Positions 10,232 through 20,196 of a stretch of DNA of 64,000 bases are shown piece by piece. Source of the stretch: Nitrospirota bacterium. Its GTDB lineage: Bacteria; Nitrospirota; Thermodesulfovibrionia; Thermodesulfovibrionales; Dissulfurispiraceae. Within the stretch, counting starts at the first letter, position 1; each line of letters opens with the position of its first letter. Under the pieces are notes generated by a model. The model did no database searches, was not told the DNA's origin, and was given only the letters and a program-made list of their open reading frames with translations. The position numbers and the translations under genes are program-made. The DNA lies in assembly GCA_963790025.1 (NCBI GenBank), contig CAWBMP010000002.1, forward strand, positions 128,001-192,000, given 5' to 3'.

Positions 10232-10478
10232 TCACAAAAGGACCTTTGGCAGCGAGCCTCACTACATCGAGCATACTGCACAGAAAAAAATATCATCCCA
10301 TGCTTCCATCCGTTTACCACTCTCCCTATCTCTACTGCTACCGCTGCTGCTTCGGTCAGAAACCGGAAACATGCGGTCTCGACTGCTAAGAGTATCTTGA
10401 AAGGCTCTTCCGGCATCTTGTCCCGGCTGAGGAGGTTGCGTGCATCATCGAAGTCCGCGACACCCGTCACCCACTGCG

Positions 10479-10508
10479 TTGACAAAATAAAAGCTCTATT
10501 TCTATACT
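10479..10508 (+). promoter_or_regulatory. Sigma70-type promoter for yeeE
   Basis: TTGACA-N18-TATACT, 25 nt before the start codon. Confidence 0.6.
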
Positions 10509-10533
10509 AGTGTGAAAAAAAAGAGCTCGGAGG

Positions 10534-11619
10534 ATGATGGCAATGGAAGAAACTGTGACACAAAGTGTAACCCTCGGCTTTATTCTTTCGGGGTTGTTAT
10601 GCGGAGGGTTTGTAGGGCTTATCCTGCAACGCGGCAGATTTTGCATGAACTCTGCATTCAGGGATTGCATTTTTATCCAGGATTATACACTGTTCCGCGG
10701 CTTCCTTATTGCCCTGGCTGTCATGGTCGTCGGTTCGAATCTCCTTAATGATATGGGATTGATCCAGCTGAAAAGCCAGACCTTTTATCCACTGGCGAAT
10801 ATCATCGGCGGCTATCTTTTCGGCATGGGCATGGTTCTGGCGAGCGGATGCGGAAGCGGTATTGTATACAAAGGCGGTGAAGGGCAGCTCGCAGCCATCA
10901 TCGGCGTTATCTTCTTTTTCCTCGGCATCGGGGCTACCAATTACGGCGTTTTAAACCCTCTCTATGTGGCACTAAGAAGCGTTACATATGAAATTGGCGG
11001 GAAGACCAATACTACTTTATGGGAGCTTTTCGGCGACGGAATGGCGGTCAAGTGGACAGTAATCATCATTTTTGCGTTGTTTTTATTCGTCATGACGCTC
11101 CAGGATAAACCATTTCGCATGGGGAAACAGAAAGGATTTTATTGGTCGGTGACAGGCCTGCTGCTGGGGATCGCAGGGCTGCTCACCTTTTGGGCCTCCG
11201 AACACTGGGGCGGCGGCTTTGCGCGCGGAATGAACTTCACCACTCCTACCGGTGAACTCGGATTTACACTACTCACGGGTAATGCAAAATCACGGTTCTT
11301 CCCAATGTTTGACCTGGGGTTGTTCAAGGTCACCTGGGGCGAATTCTTTGTTCTTGGTGTTCCCCTCGGTGCATATATCAGCGCCAAAATTTTAAAGGAA
11401 TTTTCATGGAAAGTCCCTTCGGCAAGCGAACTCCTTACGGTAATCGGCGGAAGTCTGCTGATGGGATTCAGTGCTTCGGTAGCAGGAGGTTGTAATATAG
11501 GTCAGGGACTTACAGGGTCATCAACTCTATCTCTTGGCAGCCTGGCGTCAATTATTGCGATGGTCCTCGGCAACTGGACAATGGTCTATTTCAAATTTAT
11601 CAAACCGATGCAGGACTAA
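10534..11619 (+). CDS. YeeE/YedE family sulfur-compound (thiosulfate) transporter
   Basis: RGRFCM, SGCGSG and GGCNIG conserved Cys motifs; multi-TM; GGAGG RBS. Confidence 0.9.
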   Translation: MMAMEETVTQSVTLGFILSGLLCGGFVGLILQRGRFCMNSAFRDCIFIQDYTLFRGFLIALAVMVVGSNLLNDMGLIQLKSQTFYPLANIIGGYLFGMGMVLASGCGSGIVYKGGEGQLAAIIGVIFFFLGIGATNYGVLNPLYVALRSVTYEIGGKTNTTLWELFGDGMAVKWTVIIIFALFLFVMTLQDKPFRMGKQKGFYWSVTGLLLGIAGLLTFWASEHWGGGFARGMNFTTPTGELGFTLLTGNAKSRFFPMFDLGLFKVTWGEFFVLGVPLGAYISAKILKEFSWKVPSASELLTVIGGSLLMGFSASVAGGCNIGQGLTGSSTLSLGSLASIIAMVLGNWTMVYFKFIKPMQD

Positions 11620-11653
11620 TAAAAAACAGGATGGGGGAATAGAGGAATTGCTC

Positions 11654-13006
11654 ATGGACAACGTATTAAAAAAAGTTGAAGCGCTCGCTTTGCAGCATGA
11701 CAGGCTCGACCCGAAAATCATAAAAGAAAGAAATATCAAGCTGGGCCTCAGAAATGAAGACGGCACCGGTGTTTTTGTCGGCATAACGAGCAAGGGCCAG
11801 GTAATGGGGTATGAGAAAATCATCTCCAGTGACGGCACTGCAAAAGTCCATCCTATTCCGGGAAAGCTGTTCTACTGCGGCTATGATGTTGGGGACCTTG
11901 TTGCCGGAAAAGAGCAGGAGGACCGGTTCGGGTTCGATGAGACAGTCTATCTTCTCCTGACCGGCGAACTGCCCTCTGAAGAGGACCTGAAGGGCTTTTC
12001 CCATGAGCTTGCCCTGAGGCGGTCGCTCCCGAAAGAAGTAAAAGAGATGATCCTGAGCGCCCCGCAGCACGACGACCAAATGGGCTCGTTGCATACGATC
12101 ATATCCGCAATGCATCTGTTCGATAAACACCCTAACTCAATGGACATGAAGGATGTTACCCGTCAGTGCATCGATCTGATAGCGAAGTTCCCCACCATCA
12201 TAGCGTACAACTATCAGAAAACGCTTATGAAAAAGAGATCTATGAGAAAACTGCTCGAACCGGACTATAATCTGGGCACCGCGGCTAATTTCTTGTATAT
12301 GCTCTCGGGCAACAGGCCCGACAAAGCAACTGCGGAATTATTCGATACTATGCTCATATTTCATGCCGAACACGGCGGCGGCAATAACTCCACGTTTTCG
12401 ACACGATGCGTCTCATCCTCCGGCGCCAATACCTACATGGCTATCTGCGCGGGTATCGGCTCGCTTTCCGGCCATCTCCACGGCGGCGCTAACGAAGCGG
12501 TGGTAAGAATGATGGATGACATTAAACGCAAAGTCCTGAACTGGGAAGACGACAAAGAAATTGCTAATTACATCTCACAAATCCTTGGAAATGAGGCGGG
12601 GGACAAAAGCGGTAAAATTTATGGCCTCGGCCATGCGGTCTATACCATATCGGACCCGCGTGCCGTATATCTGGAAAAACGGGCAGGCGGACTTGCCGAG
12701 GCGGTCGGCAGGGAAAAGGAATTCGGATTATATAAGAAAGTAGCGGAACTTGCTCCTCAGCTCGTAAAAGAGAAGAAGGGGAAAGTCGTTTGTACGAATG
12801 TCGATTTCTACTCGGGATTTGTCTACCAGTGCATGGGAATTCCGAAAGAACTGTTTACTCCTATTTTTGCCCTGGCCAGAGTATCAGGCTGGTGCGCACA
12901 CAGGATAGAAGAGATGATCCAGGGAAGAATAATAAGGCCTTCCTATGTGTCGTCACTCAAGGGAACTCACAAGTACTTACCCTTGCATAAACGCAAAACA
13001 GAATAG
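11654..13006 (+). CDS. gltA: Citrate synthase
   Basis: HAEHGGGNNST, LHGGANE, GLGHAVY, NVDFYSG, IIRP; GAGGA RBS before ATG 11654. Confidence 0.92.
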   Translation: MDNVLKKVEALALQHDRLDPKIIKERNIKLGLRNEDGTGVFVGITSKGQVMGYEKIISSDGTAKVHPIPGKLFYCGYDVGDLVAGKEQEDRFGFDETVYLLLTGELPSEEDLKGFSHELALRRSLPKEVKEMILSAPQHDDQMGSLHTIISAMHLFDKHPNSMDMKDVTRQCIDLIAKFPTIIAYNYQKTLMKKRSMRKLLEPDYNLGTAANFLYMLSGNRPDKATAELFDTMLIFHAEHGGGNNSTFSTRCVSSSGANTYMAICAGIGSLSGHLHGGANEAVVRMMDDIKRKVLNWEDDKEIANYISQILGNEAGDKSGKIYGLGHAVYTISDPRAVYLEKRAGGLAEAVGREKEFGLYKKVAELAPQLVKEKKGKVVCTNVDFYSGFVYQCMGIPKELFTPIFALARVSGWCAHRIEEMIQGRIIRPSYVSSLKGTHKYLPLHKRKTE

Positions 13007-13023
13007 TTATTTAGTATAGTTGA

Positions 13024-13275
13024 TCACAGACCGAGAGCCTCCCTGATTTCCTTTTCGCTGAATCCGACAATTACCTTATCTCCTATAATTATGGTCGGGA
13101 ATGAACATCTGGGGTTGATTTTTTTTATCCTTTCAAGAATTGCACGGCTCTCTTCCTCAGTCAGCAAATCCACATCCGTGAAATCATATTTTATTGAACA
13201 ATCCGACATCAATTTTTTTGCAGCATTGCAGTGGCAGCAGGTGCTAAGAGTATACATCGTTACGGATTGCATCAT
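13024..13275 (-). CDS. Glutaredoxin-like protein
   Basis: YTLSTCCHC, SFPTIIIG, VIVGF. Confidence 0.85.
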   Translation of the reverse strand: MMQSVTMYTLSTCCHCNAAKKLMSDCSIKYDFTDVDLLTEEESRAILERIKKINPRCSFPTIIIGDKVIVGFSEKEIREALGL

Positions 13276-13503
13276 ATGTTCTCCTTCTCCTCAAGTCTTC
13301 AAAACATTTTAGCACAGACAGAGGCAATTTTATGTCACATTAGTCTGTACAATTTCACTAAAGGGCGATATACTTTTATTACGGTACAATCCAATAGCGA
13401 CCGCCATTTTTCAAGGGCAAAGTGATCCTCACCCATTTTATGGTCTACGTTGATTAGATGAATAATGAGCATGTTACGGCAAAACTGGGGATAGTAGACG
13501 GCC

Positions 13504-14547
13504 ATGAGACGAATTCTTCATATAGATATGGACGCTTTCTTTGCCGCTGTGGAGGAAGGACGTCATCCTGAGCTAAAAGGTAAACCTGTAGTCATAGGAG
13601 GCTCCGGCGACCCTACAAAACGAGGGGTGGTTTCCACCGCATCCTATGAGGCCAGGAAGTATGGAGTACATTCCGCATTGCCCTTGAGAACGACATATAA
13701 ACTCTGTCCCCATGCAGTCTTCCTTCCCGTAGATTATGAGGAGTACTCAAGGGTTTCCGGAATAATTAAAAGCATTCTCAGAGAAATCACCCCCGTAATG
13801 GAAGATGTAGGTATTGATGAGGCATTCCTCGACATATCCGCGATCGATATGCCATCAGAGATAATATCACAGGAAATCAAAAAGAGAATCAAAGCGGCAA
13901 CAGGTCTCAGCTGTTCCATAGGCATTGCTCAAAATAAGCTCCTTGCAAAGATTGCCTCTGATATGCAGAAGCCCGATGGTCTAACTATCATTGAGGAGCA
14001 TGACATTGAAGGCAGAATCTGGACATTGCCGGTCAGAAAGCTTTGGGGTGTGGGGCCCAAAACAGAGGAACGCTTCAAAAACATGGGGATACACACTATT
14101 GGAGAGCTTGCTGGACGTCCCCTTGATAAACTTACTGAGGATTTTGGAGAATACTATGGACATTTCCTCTATGAGGCTTCACACGGAAGGGACGAAAGTC
14201 CTCTGGTAACCCATTGGGAGCCCAAATCGGTAAGCAGGGAAACCACATTTGAAACAGATATCAGCAATTGGCAGAGTATTGCAAAGACCATAGCCGAGCT
14301 GACTAAAGAAGTAGTCAACGACATTAAACAGAGGGGCTATAAGGGGAGGACCGTCACACTCAAGGTGCGTTTCAGCGATTTTAAAACACTGACCAGGGCC
14401 AAGACGCTTGATGCGCCCACTGACTCGACCGATGTAATAAGAAAGGCTGCCTTTTTTTGCCTTCAAAAGATTGAGCTCAAGGGAAAAAGAGTGCGGCTTA
14501 TCGGAGTGAGGGTCACCGGACTGGAGCAAGGAGCCACCAAGAATTAA
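13504..14547 (+). CDS. dinB: DNA polymerase IV
   Basis: HIDMDAFFA, SYEAR, IDEAFLD, KPDG, LWGVG, RLIGV. Confidence 0.95.
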   Translation: MRRILHIDMDAFFAAVEEGRHPELKGKPVVIGGSGDPTKRGVVSTASYEARKYGVHSALPLRTTYKLCPHAVFLPVDYEEYSRVSGIIKSILREITPVMEDVGIDEAFLDISAIDMPSEIISQEIKKRIKAATGLSCSIGIAQNKLLAKIASDMQKPDGLTIIEEHDIEGRIWTLPVRKLWGVGPKTEERFKNMGIHTIGELAGRPLDKLTEDFGEYYGHFLYEASHGRDESPLVTHWEPKSVSRETTFETDISNWQSIAKTIAELTKEVVNDIKQRGYKGRTVTLKVRFSDFKTLTRAKTLDAPTDSTDVIRKAAFFCLQKIELKGKRVRLIGVRVTGLEQGATKN

Positions 14548-14621
14548 ACTTTCCCTATATCCCCCCGATAATAATATTGCCAGGGATGATGACATCCTAA
14601 TACTAAACCGGGAGGTATTAA

Positions 14622-14681
14622 ATGGCTACAAAGAAAGCGCCGGCTAAAAAAGCGGCAAAGAAAGCGGCAAAGAAGAAGTAG
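14622..14681 (+). CDS. 19-aa Lys/Ala-rich histone-H1-like microprotein MATKKAPAKKAAKKAAKKK
   Basis: GGAGGT RBS at 14611, ATG 14622, TAG 14679-14681, followed by a terminator; not in the ORF track. Confidence 0.7.
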   Translation: MATKKAPAKKAAKKAAKKK

Positions 14682-14706
14682 CTTATTGGAGCCGGCAGTA
14701 TTTTTG

Positions 14707-14752
14707 TAAAGGGAAGGCGGCCTGATTCACTTTGGACCGCCTTCCCTTTATT
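14707..14752. terminator. Intrinsic terminator (possibly bidirectional)
   Basis: taaagggaaggcgg ... ccgccttcccttta stem. Confidence 0.75.
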
Positions 14753-15073
14753 ATTGGCATCGCAAGCTCCGTTCATGCTTCATAAAACCTGAAATGGACA
14801 TTGTTGACAATAGAGCGTAAGATGTCGGGATGGTAAAGACAAGAAGACTGAGCGTTGCGGTGGTGATTATAGCTGTCATTGTCGTGATGGCGCTCCGAGG
14901 TTGTCCCAGAGTCCGGAGAAGCACAAGCATAGCATGCGACTGGGTAACGGCAAACATAACCGGCAGTGCAATGACGGGTACGAACGGCGGATTTCAGTAA
15001 AGAAGCAGATAACATGGAAAATTATCTGGCATTAAATGTAAACTAAATAAGCTATAAGGTATATCGATTTTTC

Positions 15074-16552
15074 ATGCTGACACCACATAAAAACGAATTC
15101 ACTACCGTCATTATGGGCGGCGGTCTTACAGGCCTTTCTGCAGGTTACGCCCTGACAAAAGCAGGGCTCAAGGTGGAACTGTTCGAGAATGAAGCCTCTG
15201 TGGGCGGACTATCAAAAACAATCGTGAGCAGAGGGTTCCGCTTTGACCTTGGCGGTCATCGCTTCTTTACTAAAAATCAGCGGATTAATAGCTTTATAAA
15301 CGACCTTATGGAAGGAGAATTGATTTCCGTCCCCCGAAAAAGCACTATCTATCTGCGCGACAGGTATTTCGATTATCCGTTAAAACCTGTCAATGCACTA
15401 TTCGGAATGGGTATCCAAACCACAGTAAAAATAGTCGAAGATTATATAGCTGAAAAAATACAGGGTCTTGCCAAGGTGCGCCCGCAGCTCTCTCTGGAGG
15501 ACTGGGTGGTCAGTAATTTCGGACGCACTATGTTCGACATCTACTTCCGGGAATACAGTGAGAAAGTATGGGGCATAAACTGCGCGCGCATAAGCGTCGA
15601 TTGGGTGGCGCAACGTATCAGGGGGCTTTCACTTGCCGGTGCGATCAAAAACGCTTTTTTTAAATTCACGGGAAAGGACATCCCCTCTCTTGTGGATAAG
15701 TTTACTTACCCGCAGCTGGGTATAGGACGTATTGCCGAAAGGCTCAGCGAAGAAATAGAAAAGGATAACATTGTGTTTACGGGCTCACCCATAGTAAAGG
15801 TAAAATACTCCGGTTCACGGATAGAAAGTATCGAAGCCGGTGGGCGCTCCACTACGCACCTTGCGTCGGGGGACGCCTTCATATCGAGTATCCCGATCAC
15901 CAAACTGGTACAACTGCTGGACCCTCCCGCTCCGGCTTATGTAATGGACGCAGTTTCAAAACTGATGTTTAGGGACCTCGTCGTTGTTGCCGTTATGGTC
16001 GATAGAAAGCGCGTTACCGGACAAACGTGGATTTATATTCCGGAGAAAAAAATACCCTTCGGCAGGATTCATGAACCGACGAACTGGAGCAACAAAATGG
16101 CCCCTGAAGGAAAGACGCTTCTGGTAGTGGAATACTTCAGTTTTCAGGGAGACCACATTTGGAATGCTTCTGATGAGCGCCTCACCGATATAACTGTCCG
16201 GGGTCTCGAGAAACTCGAATTTATCAAAAAAAGCGAGGTGTCCGGAAGTGCCGTTGTGCGGGCGAAAAAAGCTTACCCACTATTTGAAATCGGCTATGCG
16301 GAACAGTGCGCGCTTCTTTATGATTACCTGAGCACCTTCAGGAACCTTCACCTGGCAGGGAGGGTAGGCATGTTCAGATATTACAATATGGACCACGCGT
16401 TAGAGTCGGGGTTTAATGCAGCAGAGGCGGTGATACAGAAGGCAGGTGAAGGTATAGGCAAAGGTAAAGATAGGGAAGACGACAATTCCGACTTTGCTTT
16501 TGCCTCTACCTCTGCCTCTGCCTTTACCCCGCCCTTAAGGGGCATGCAATGA
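15074..16552 (+). CDS. FAD-dependent oxidoreductase (protoporphyrinogen oxidase/UDP-galactopyranose mutase-like)
   Basis: GGGLTGL, VGGLS, FDLGGHRFF, YSEKVWG, GR.GMFRYYNMD. Confidence 0.85.
   Translation: MLTPHKNEFTTVIMGGGLTGLSAGYALTKAGLKVELFENEASVGGLSKTIVSRGFRFDLGGHRFFTKNQRINSFINDLMEGELISVPRKSTIYLRDRYFDYPLKPVNALFGMGIQTTVKIVEDYIAEKIQGLAKVRPQLSLEDWVVSNFGRTMFDIYFREYSEKVWGINCARISVDWVAQRIRGLSLAGAIKNAFFKFTGKDIPSLVDKFTYPQLGIGRIAERLSEEIEKDNIVFTGSPIVKVKYSGSRIESIEAGGRSTTHLASGDAFISSIPITKLVQLLDPPAPAYVMDAVSKLMFRDLVVVAVMVDRKRVTGQTWIYIPEKKIPFGRIHEPTNWSNKMAPEGKTLLVVEYFSFQGDHIWNASDERLTDITVRGLEKLEFIKKSEVSGSAVVRAKKAYPLFEIGYAEQCALLYDYLSTFRNLHLAGRVGMFRYYNMDHALESGFNAAEAVIQKAGEGIGKGKDREDDNSDFAFASTSASAFTPPLRGMQ
16441..16528. 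repeat. Hexamer inverted repeat embedded in the CDS 3' end
   Basis: aggtgaaggtataggcaaaggtaaag ... gcttttgcctctacctctgcctctgcctttacc. Confidence 0.75.
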
Positions 16553-17997
16553 AGTGCGCACTGGTGATACCTGCATGGGTGCCCGAGGACATCTTCTCTT
16601 CGAAAACCGCGAGCTCTCAAATAAATTACTGGCAGCCGTTGGGCACTCTCTATGTTGCTGCTGTCTTGCGGCAGGCAGGGCATGAAGTCCGTTTTTTTAA
16701 CGGTGCATTCCTTACTCACGCCGCTATATGCGCCGGACTGAAGACGTTCAACCCGGGATTTATAGGGCTCTATTCTACGACTTTCGGCTGGGGAAAAGCC
16801 AAAAAAGCAGCAGAGGATTTCAAAATAATGCTGGGCAGACAGGTTTTCATCTGTGCCGGAGGTCCTTATCCTATTGCCGTGCAGGAAGAGTGTCTGGCAG
16901 ACGCCGGGACCTCGGTGGATGCAATAATCACGGGTGAAGGTGAATACTCCACCCTCGAACTCATTGAGCGACTGGAGACAGGCAAGGGCCTTGAAGGTGT
17001 TGAAGGCGTTGTTTACCATTACCGTGACATGATTGTAAAAAACCAGCCGAGGCCATTAATATCCGACCTCGATGCACTTCCCTTTCCGGCAAGAGACCTG
17101 CTCGGCGACGCAGGACAGTATATTCCGCCGCCGGCCACGTATCGCAGAAAGCCTGTCGCCGTGCTCATGACTTCCAGGGGATGCAACAGAAACTGCATCT
17201 ATTGCTTTCAAATTGATAAAACCAGAAAAAGCGGCATACGCTACCGTAGCGTTGAAAGCGTGCTCAAAGAAATCGAGCACTGTCTCAACCAGGGATACCG
17301 GGAGATTAAATTCATTGATGACACACTTGCAGCCGATTACAACCGGGCGCTGCGGATGGCCCGCGGGATAAAGGCCGCGGGATTCGACTTCACATGGTTT
17401 GCCTCGGCCTGTGTCAACCAGGTTGATAAGCCGCTGCTTCAGGCATTTAAAGATGCGGGGTGCTGGGCTATCCTGTTCGGTGCTGAAAGCGGCATTCAGA
17501 AGAACCTGAACACAATCAGGAAAGGCACAACTCTCGCACAGATACGGGCGGCAGTTAAAGCGGCCCGGGAGGTGGGATTAAAGGTAAGTACGCCATTTAT
17601 GTTCGGCATTCCCGGAGAAACATATGAGGAGGGGCTGCAGACGATAGATTTTGCAATAGACCTGAACCCCGACATTGCAAATTTTCACGCGATCACCCCC
17701 TTCCCCGGCACCTACCTTTATGATAATCTTGAAAAATTCGGTCATCTGTCCGATGAACTCACTGACTTCACTTATCAGGGTGCGGCCTTCGTCCCGTATA
17801 CGATGACAAGAGAGCAAATCATAAGGCTGCGCCGCATAGCGTTCAGAAAATTTTACGGCAGACCGTTATTTATGCTCAAAAAACTGCTCGAATTGAGGAC
17901 CCCTCACGATTTCGCTGTAGCGTTGAAAAGCATGAGGAGCCTGTTCAATATCTTAATACACAACAAAGACAAGCTAAAAGCGCAAGGCAGTGCTTGA
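16549..17997 (+). CDS. Cobalamin-binding radical SAM protein (class B methyltransferase-like)
   Basis: PLGTLY, GGPYP, GEGE, TSRGCNRNCIYC, GAESG, PFPGT. Confidence 0.9.
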   Translation: MKCALVIPAWVPEDIFSSKTASSQINYWQPLGTLYVAAVLRQAGHEVRFFNGAFLTHAAICAGLKTFNPGFIGLYSTTFGWGKAKKAAEDFKIMLGRQVFICAGGPYPIAVQEECLADAGTSVDAIITGEGEYSTLELIERLETGKGLEGVEGVVYHYRDMIVKNQPRPLISDLDALPFPARDLLGDAGQYIPPPATYRRKPVAVLMTSRGCNRNCIYCFQIDKTRKSGIRYRSVESVLKEIEHCLNQGYREIKFIDDTLAADYNRALRMARGIKAAGFDFTWFASACVNQVDKPLLQAFKDAGCWAILFGAESGIQKNLNTIRKGTTLAQIRAAVKAAREVGLKVSTPFMFGIPGETYEEGLQTIDFAIDLNPDIANFHAITPFPGTYLYDNLEKFGHLSDELTDFTYQGAAFVPYTMTREQIIRLRRIAFRKFYGRPLFMLKKLLELRTPHDFAVALKSMRSLFNILIHNKDKLKAQGSA

Positions 17998-18054
17998 CTC
18001 CTTCTCCTTCTCATGGTAAGTTTTAACAGACGTTATATTAAACAGGAGGCTGTT

Positions 18055-18252
18055 ATGGACAGAAGAGACAGTAACTTGGGCATGGTTGCAGCTTTTTCCT
18101 TTCTTATCGGTGGTGCAGTGGGTGCCGGTATCGCGCTCCTTTTGGCTCCCCAGTCGGGCAAGAAGACAAGAAAACAGATAAGAGATATGGCCGAAGATAT
18201 TACTGATCAGGCTACCGATTACGCAGAGATAGTGAAAAAGAAAATCTTTTAA
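18055..18252 (+). CDS. YtxH domain protein
   Basis: FLIGGAVGAGIALLLAPQSGKKTR; AGGAGG RBS. Confidence 0.88.
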   Translation: MDRRDSNLGMVAAFSFLIGGAVGAGIALLLAPQSGKKTRKQIRDMAEDITDQATDYAEIVKKKIF

Positions 18253-18301
18253 GATACTTTTAAGATAAAAATTGCAGATTGTGCTGCGTTGAGGACCCGC
18301 C

Positions 18302-19288
18302 TCATGCCGCCTGGAGGCGGCCGGGTTTATCAGCGCATGCACTTTCTATGATTGCCGTCATCTGCTCTACTGATTCTGCGCGGAAGGCCTTATCTTTTAG
18401 CAATCTTGTTTCGGAAAGCCCCCTCGTATACCAGGCAAAAAATTTGCGGAACAGAATCGTCCCCACTCTATCCCCGCAATGATCGGCGCAGAGACGCAAA
18501 TGAGTCAGCATGGTTGTGCAAACTTCGTGAAGAGAGGGATGTTGCTGCACGGCTCCGGTGTTCAAAAAAGCTGCCGTTTCCCTGAAAATCCATGGATTGC
18601 CCAGTGCGCCCCGTGCCATGACTATGCCATCGCAGCCTGTCTCATCAAACATTTTTTTCGCCAATTCCGGGGATAGAATATCTCCGCTGGCAATAACAGG
18701 AATGTCGAGTGCCTCCTTCACCTCTCCAATGATACGATAGTCCACCCTCCCTCTGTATCCCTGGACCTTCGTCCTCCCGTGGATAAATAACCCTTGTATC
18801 CCGGCATCGCGTGCGCGGAGAGCCACATCCCTTGCATTAACAGATGTCTCATCCCACCCGGTCCTGATCTTGATTGTAACAGGCGCTATAGCAGCGGTCA
18901 CCACGAGCTTCAGAAGTTCCTGTAACTTGTTCGGCTCCCTGAGAAGGCCCGCACCCTCCCCTCGGGCGGTGACCTTACCGACCGGACAGGCAGCGTTGAT
19001 ATTTATAACATCGAAATTATATTTTCCTATAATATCCAGAGCTGTTTTTATTGTGTAGGGGTCGCTTCCCAGCAGTTGTACACCCAGCGGCTTATCGCAT
19101 GACACTGTTGCGAGCATAGCCTCGGTCTTTTTGCTTTTATAGACAAGGGCGCGTGCGCTGATCATCTCGACAAACGCAAGCTCACAACCGAACGAGCGAT
19201 TGATGAGACGGAACGGCAGGTCACTGATTCCCGCAAGCGGAGCAAGAATAAACGGTGATGATAATTTTAAATTTCCTATTTTCAGCAA
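18302..19288 (-). CDS. dusB: tRNA-dihydrouridine synthase
   Basis: LAPLAGISD, NAACP, KIRTGW, HGRT, GDI, RGALGNPW. Confidence 0.92.
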   Translation of the reverse strand: MLKIGNLKLSSPFILAPLAGISDLPFRLINRSFGCELAFVEMISARALVYKSKKTEAMLATVSCDKPLGVQLLGSDPYTIKTALDIIGKYNFDVININAACPVGKVTARGEGAGLLREPNKLQELLKLVVTAAIAPVTIKIRTGWDETSVNARDVALRARDAGIQGLFIHGRTKVQGYRGRVDYRIIGEVKEALDIPVIASGDILSPELAKKMFDETGCDGIVMARGALGNPWIFRETAAFLNTGAVQQHPSLHEVCTTMLTHLRLCADHCGDRVGTILFRKFFAWYTRGLSETRLLKDKAFRAESVEQMTAIIESACADKPGRLQAA

Positions 19289-19390
19289 GAATTATATATT
19301 ACAGACAAGACGAAAGACATGTCAAACCGCGTTCTGTCTTGACAATGCGCTGTGCCTACCCGTAAAATTGCCTGTTACCAAGTGCAAACC

Positions 19391-20182
19391 GTGACTCTAA
19401 AACGCTATACGATCTTTCATCCCTTGTACATGTCTTTCTTCTCAAAATCCCTGTATCGGGACGTTGCGAGGAACTGGAAGGGGCTGTGCTTTACCTATCT
19501 CCTCATAGTGCTTACCTTAAATCTTATTCCCGATATGGTCAGGCTTCACGATCATGTTATTGATTTCCTTACTGAAGAAGCGCCCAAAGTCGTGCGTCAG
19601 GTCCCGACTATCACTATTTCCAAAGGCATTGCCTCTATAAAAGACCCGGTCCCTTACATTATAAATGCTCCCTGGAGCAAATTGCCCTTTGCCGCTATCG
19701 ATACTTCAGACAGAACCACGCCCGCGACGGACTTAAAGGCGACTATTACTCTGACAAAAACAAAACTTATAGTCAAAGACGACATATCCGATACACACTC
19801 TATAGATCTTTCACAAATACAAAATATCGTAATTGACCAAAACCTGATCTTTCAGTGGATAGAGGAGTTTAAGCTTTATTTTATTTTTGCGGTTTTTCCT
19901 TTTGCACTCTTTTTCTCCTTCTTGTACTATGTTATTCAGGTCCTGATCTGCGCTTCGATAGGTAAGCTCTTTGCCAGAATGCATGATCTCAAACTGGCAT
20001 CCAATGCATTGGTACGTCTCTCAGTCATCTCGTTCACTCCGCCGCTTGCGCTTCAGACAATGCATTCCTTGCTGGACATAGAGTTCCCTAACAGTTCGGT
20101 GATATCCCTTTTATTGGCAGTATGCTATCTTTATTTCGCTGTAGGCTCGTGTTTTGAGAAAACAGTGTCGAAAACCATTTAA
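19391..20182 (+). CDS. DUF1189-like membrane protein
   Basis: SFFSK.LY.DV...WKG..F.YL N-terminus, soluble middle, C-terminal TMs; start uncertain. Confidence 0.65.
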   Translation: MTLKRYTIFHPLYMSFFSKSLYRDVARNWKGLCFTYLLIVLTLNLIPDMVRLHDHVIDFLTEEAPKVVRQVPTITISKGIASIKDPVPYIINAPWSKLPFAAIDTSDRTTPATDLKATITLTKTKLIVKDDISDTHSIDLSQIQNIVIDQNLIFQWIEEFKLYFIFAVFPFALFFSFLYYVIQVLICASIGKLFARMHDLKLASNALVRLSVISFTPPLALQTMHSLLDIEFPNSSVISLLLAVCYLYFAVGSCFEKTVSKTI

Positions 20183-20196
20183 AATAGGAGGACAAA

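Noticed and set aside
10228..10485. 85-aa minus ORF with VEIGRVVNGWK, resembling an Avd/four-helix-bundle C-terminus
   Set aside because: The similarity is one short motif, its TTG start lies within the yeeE promoter region, and there is no RBS; at most a remnant.
14751..15015. Minus-strand ORFs, one resembling the last TM helix of an RND permease
   Set aside because: Too short and degenerate to support; no RBS.
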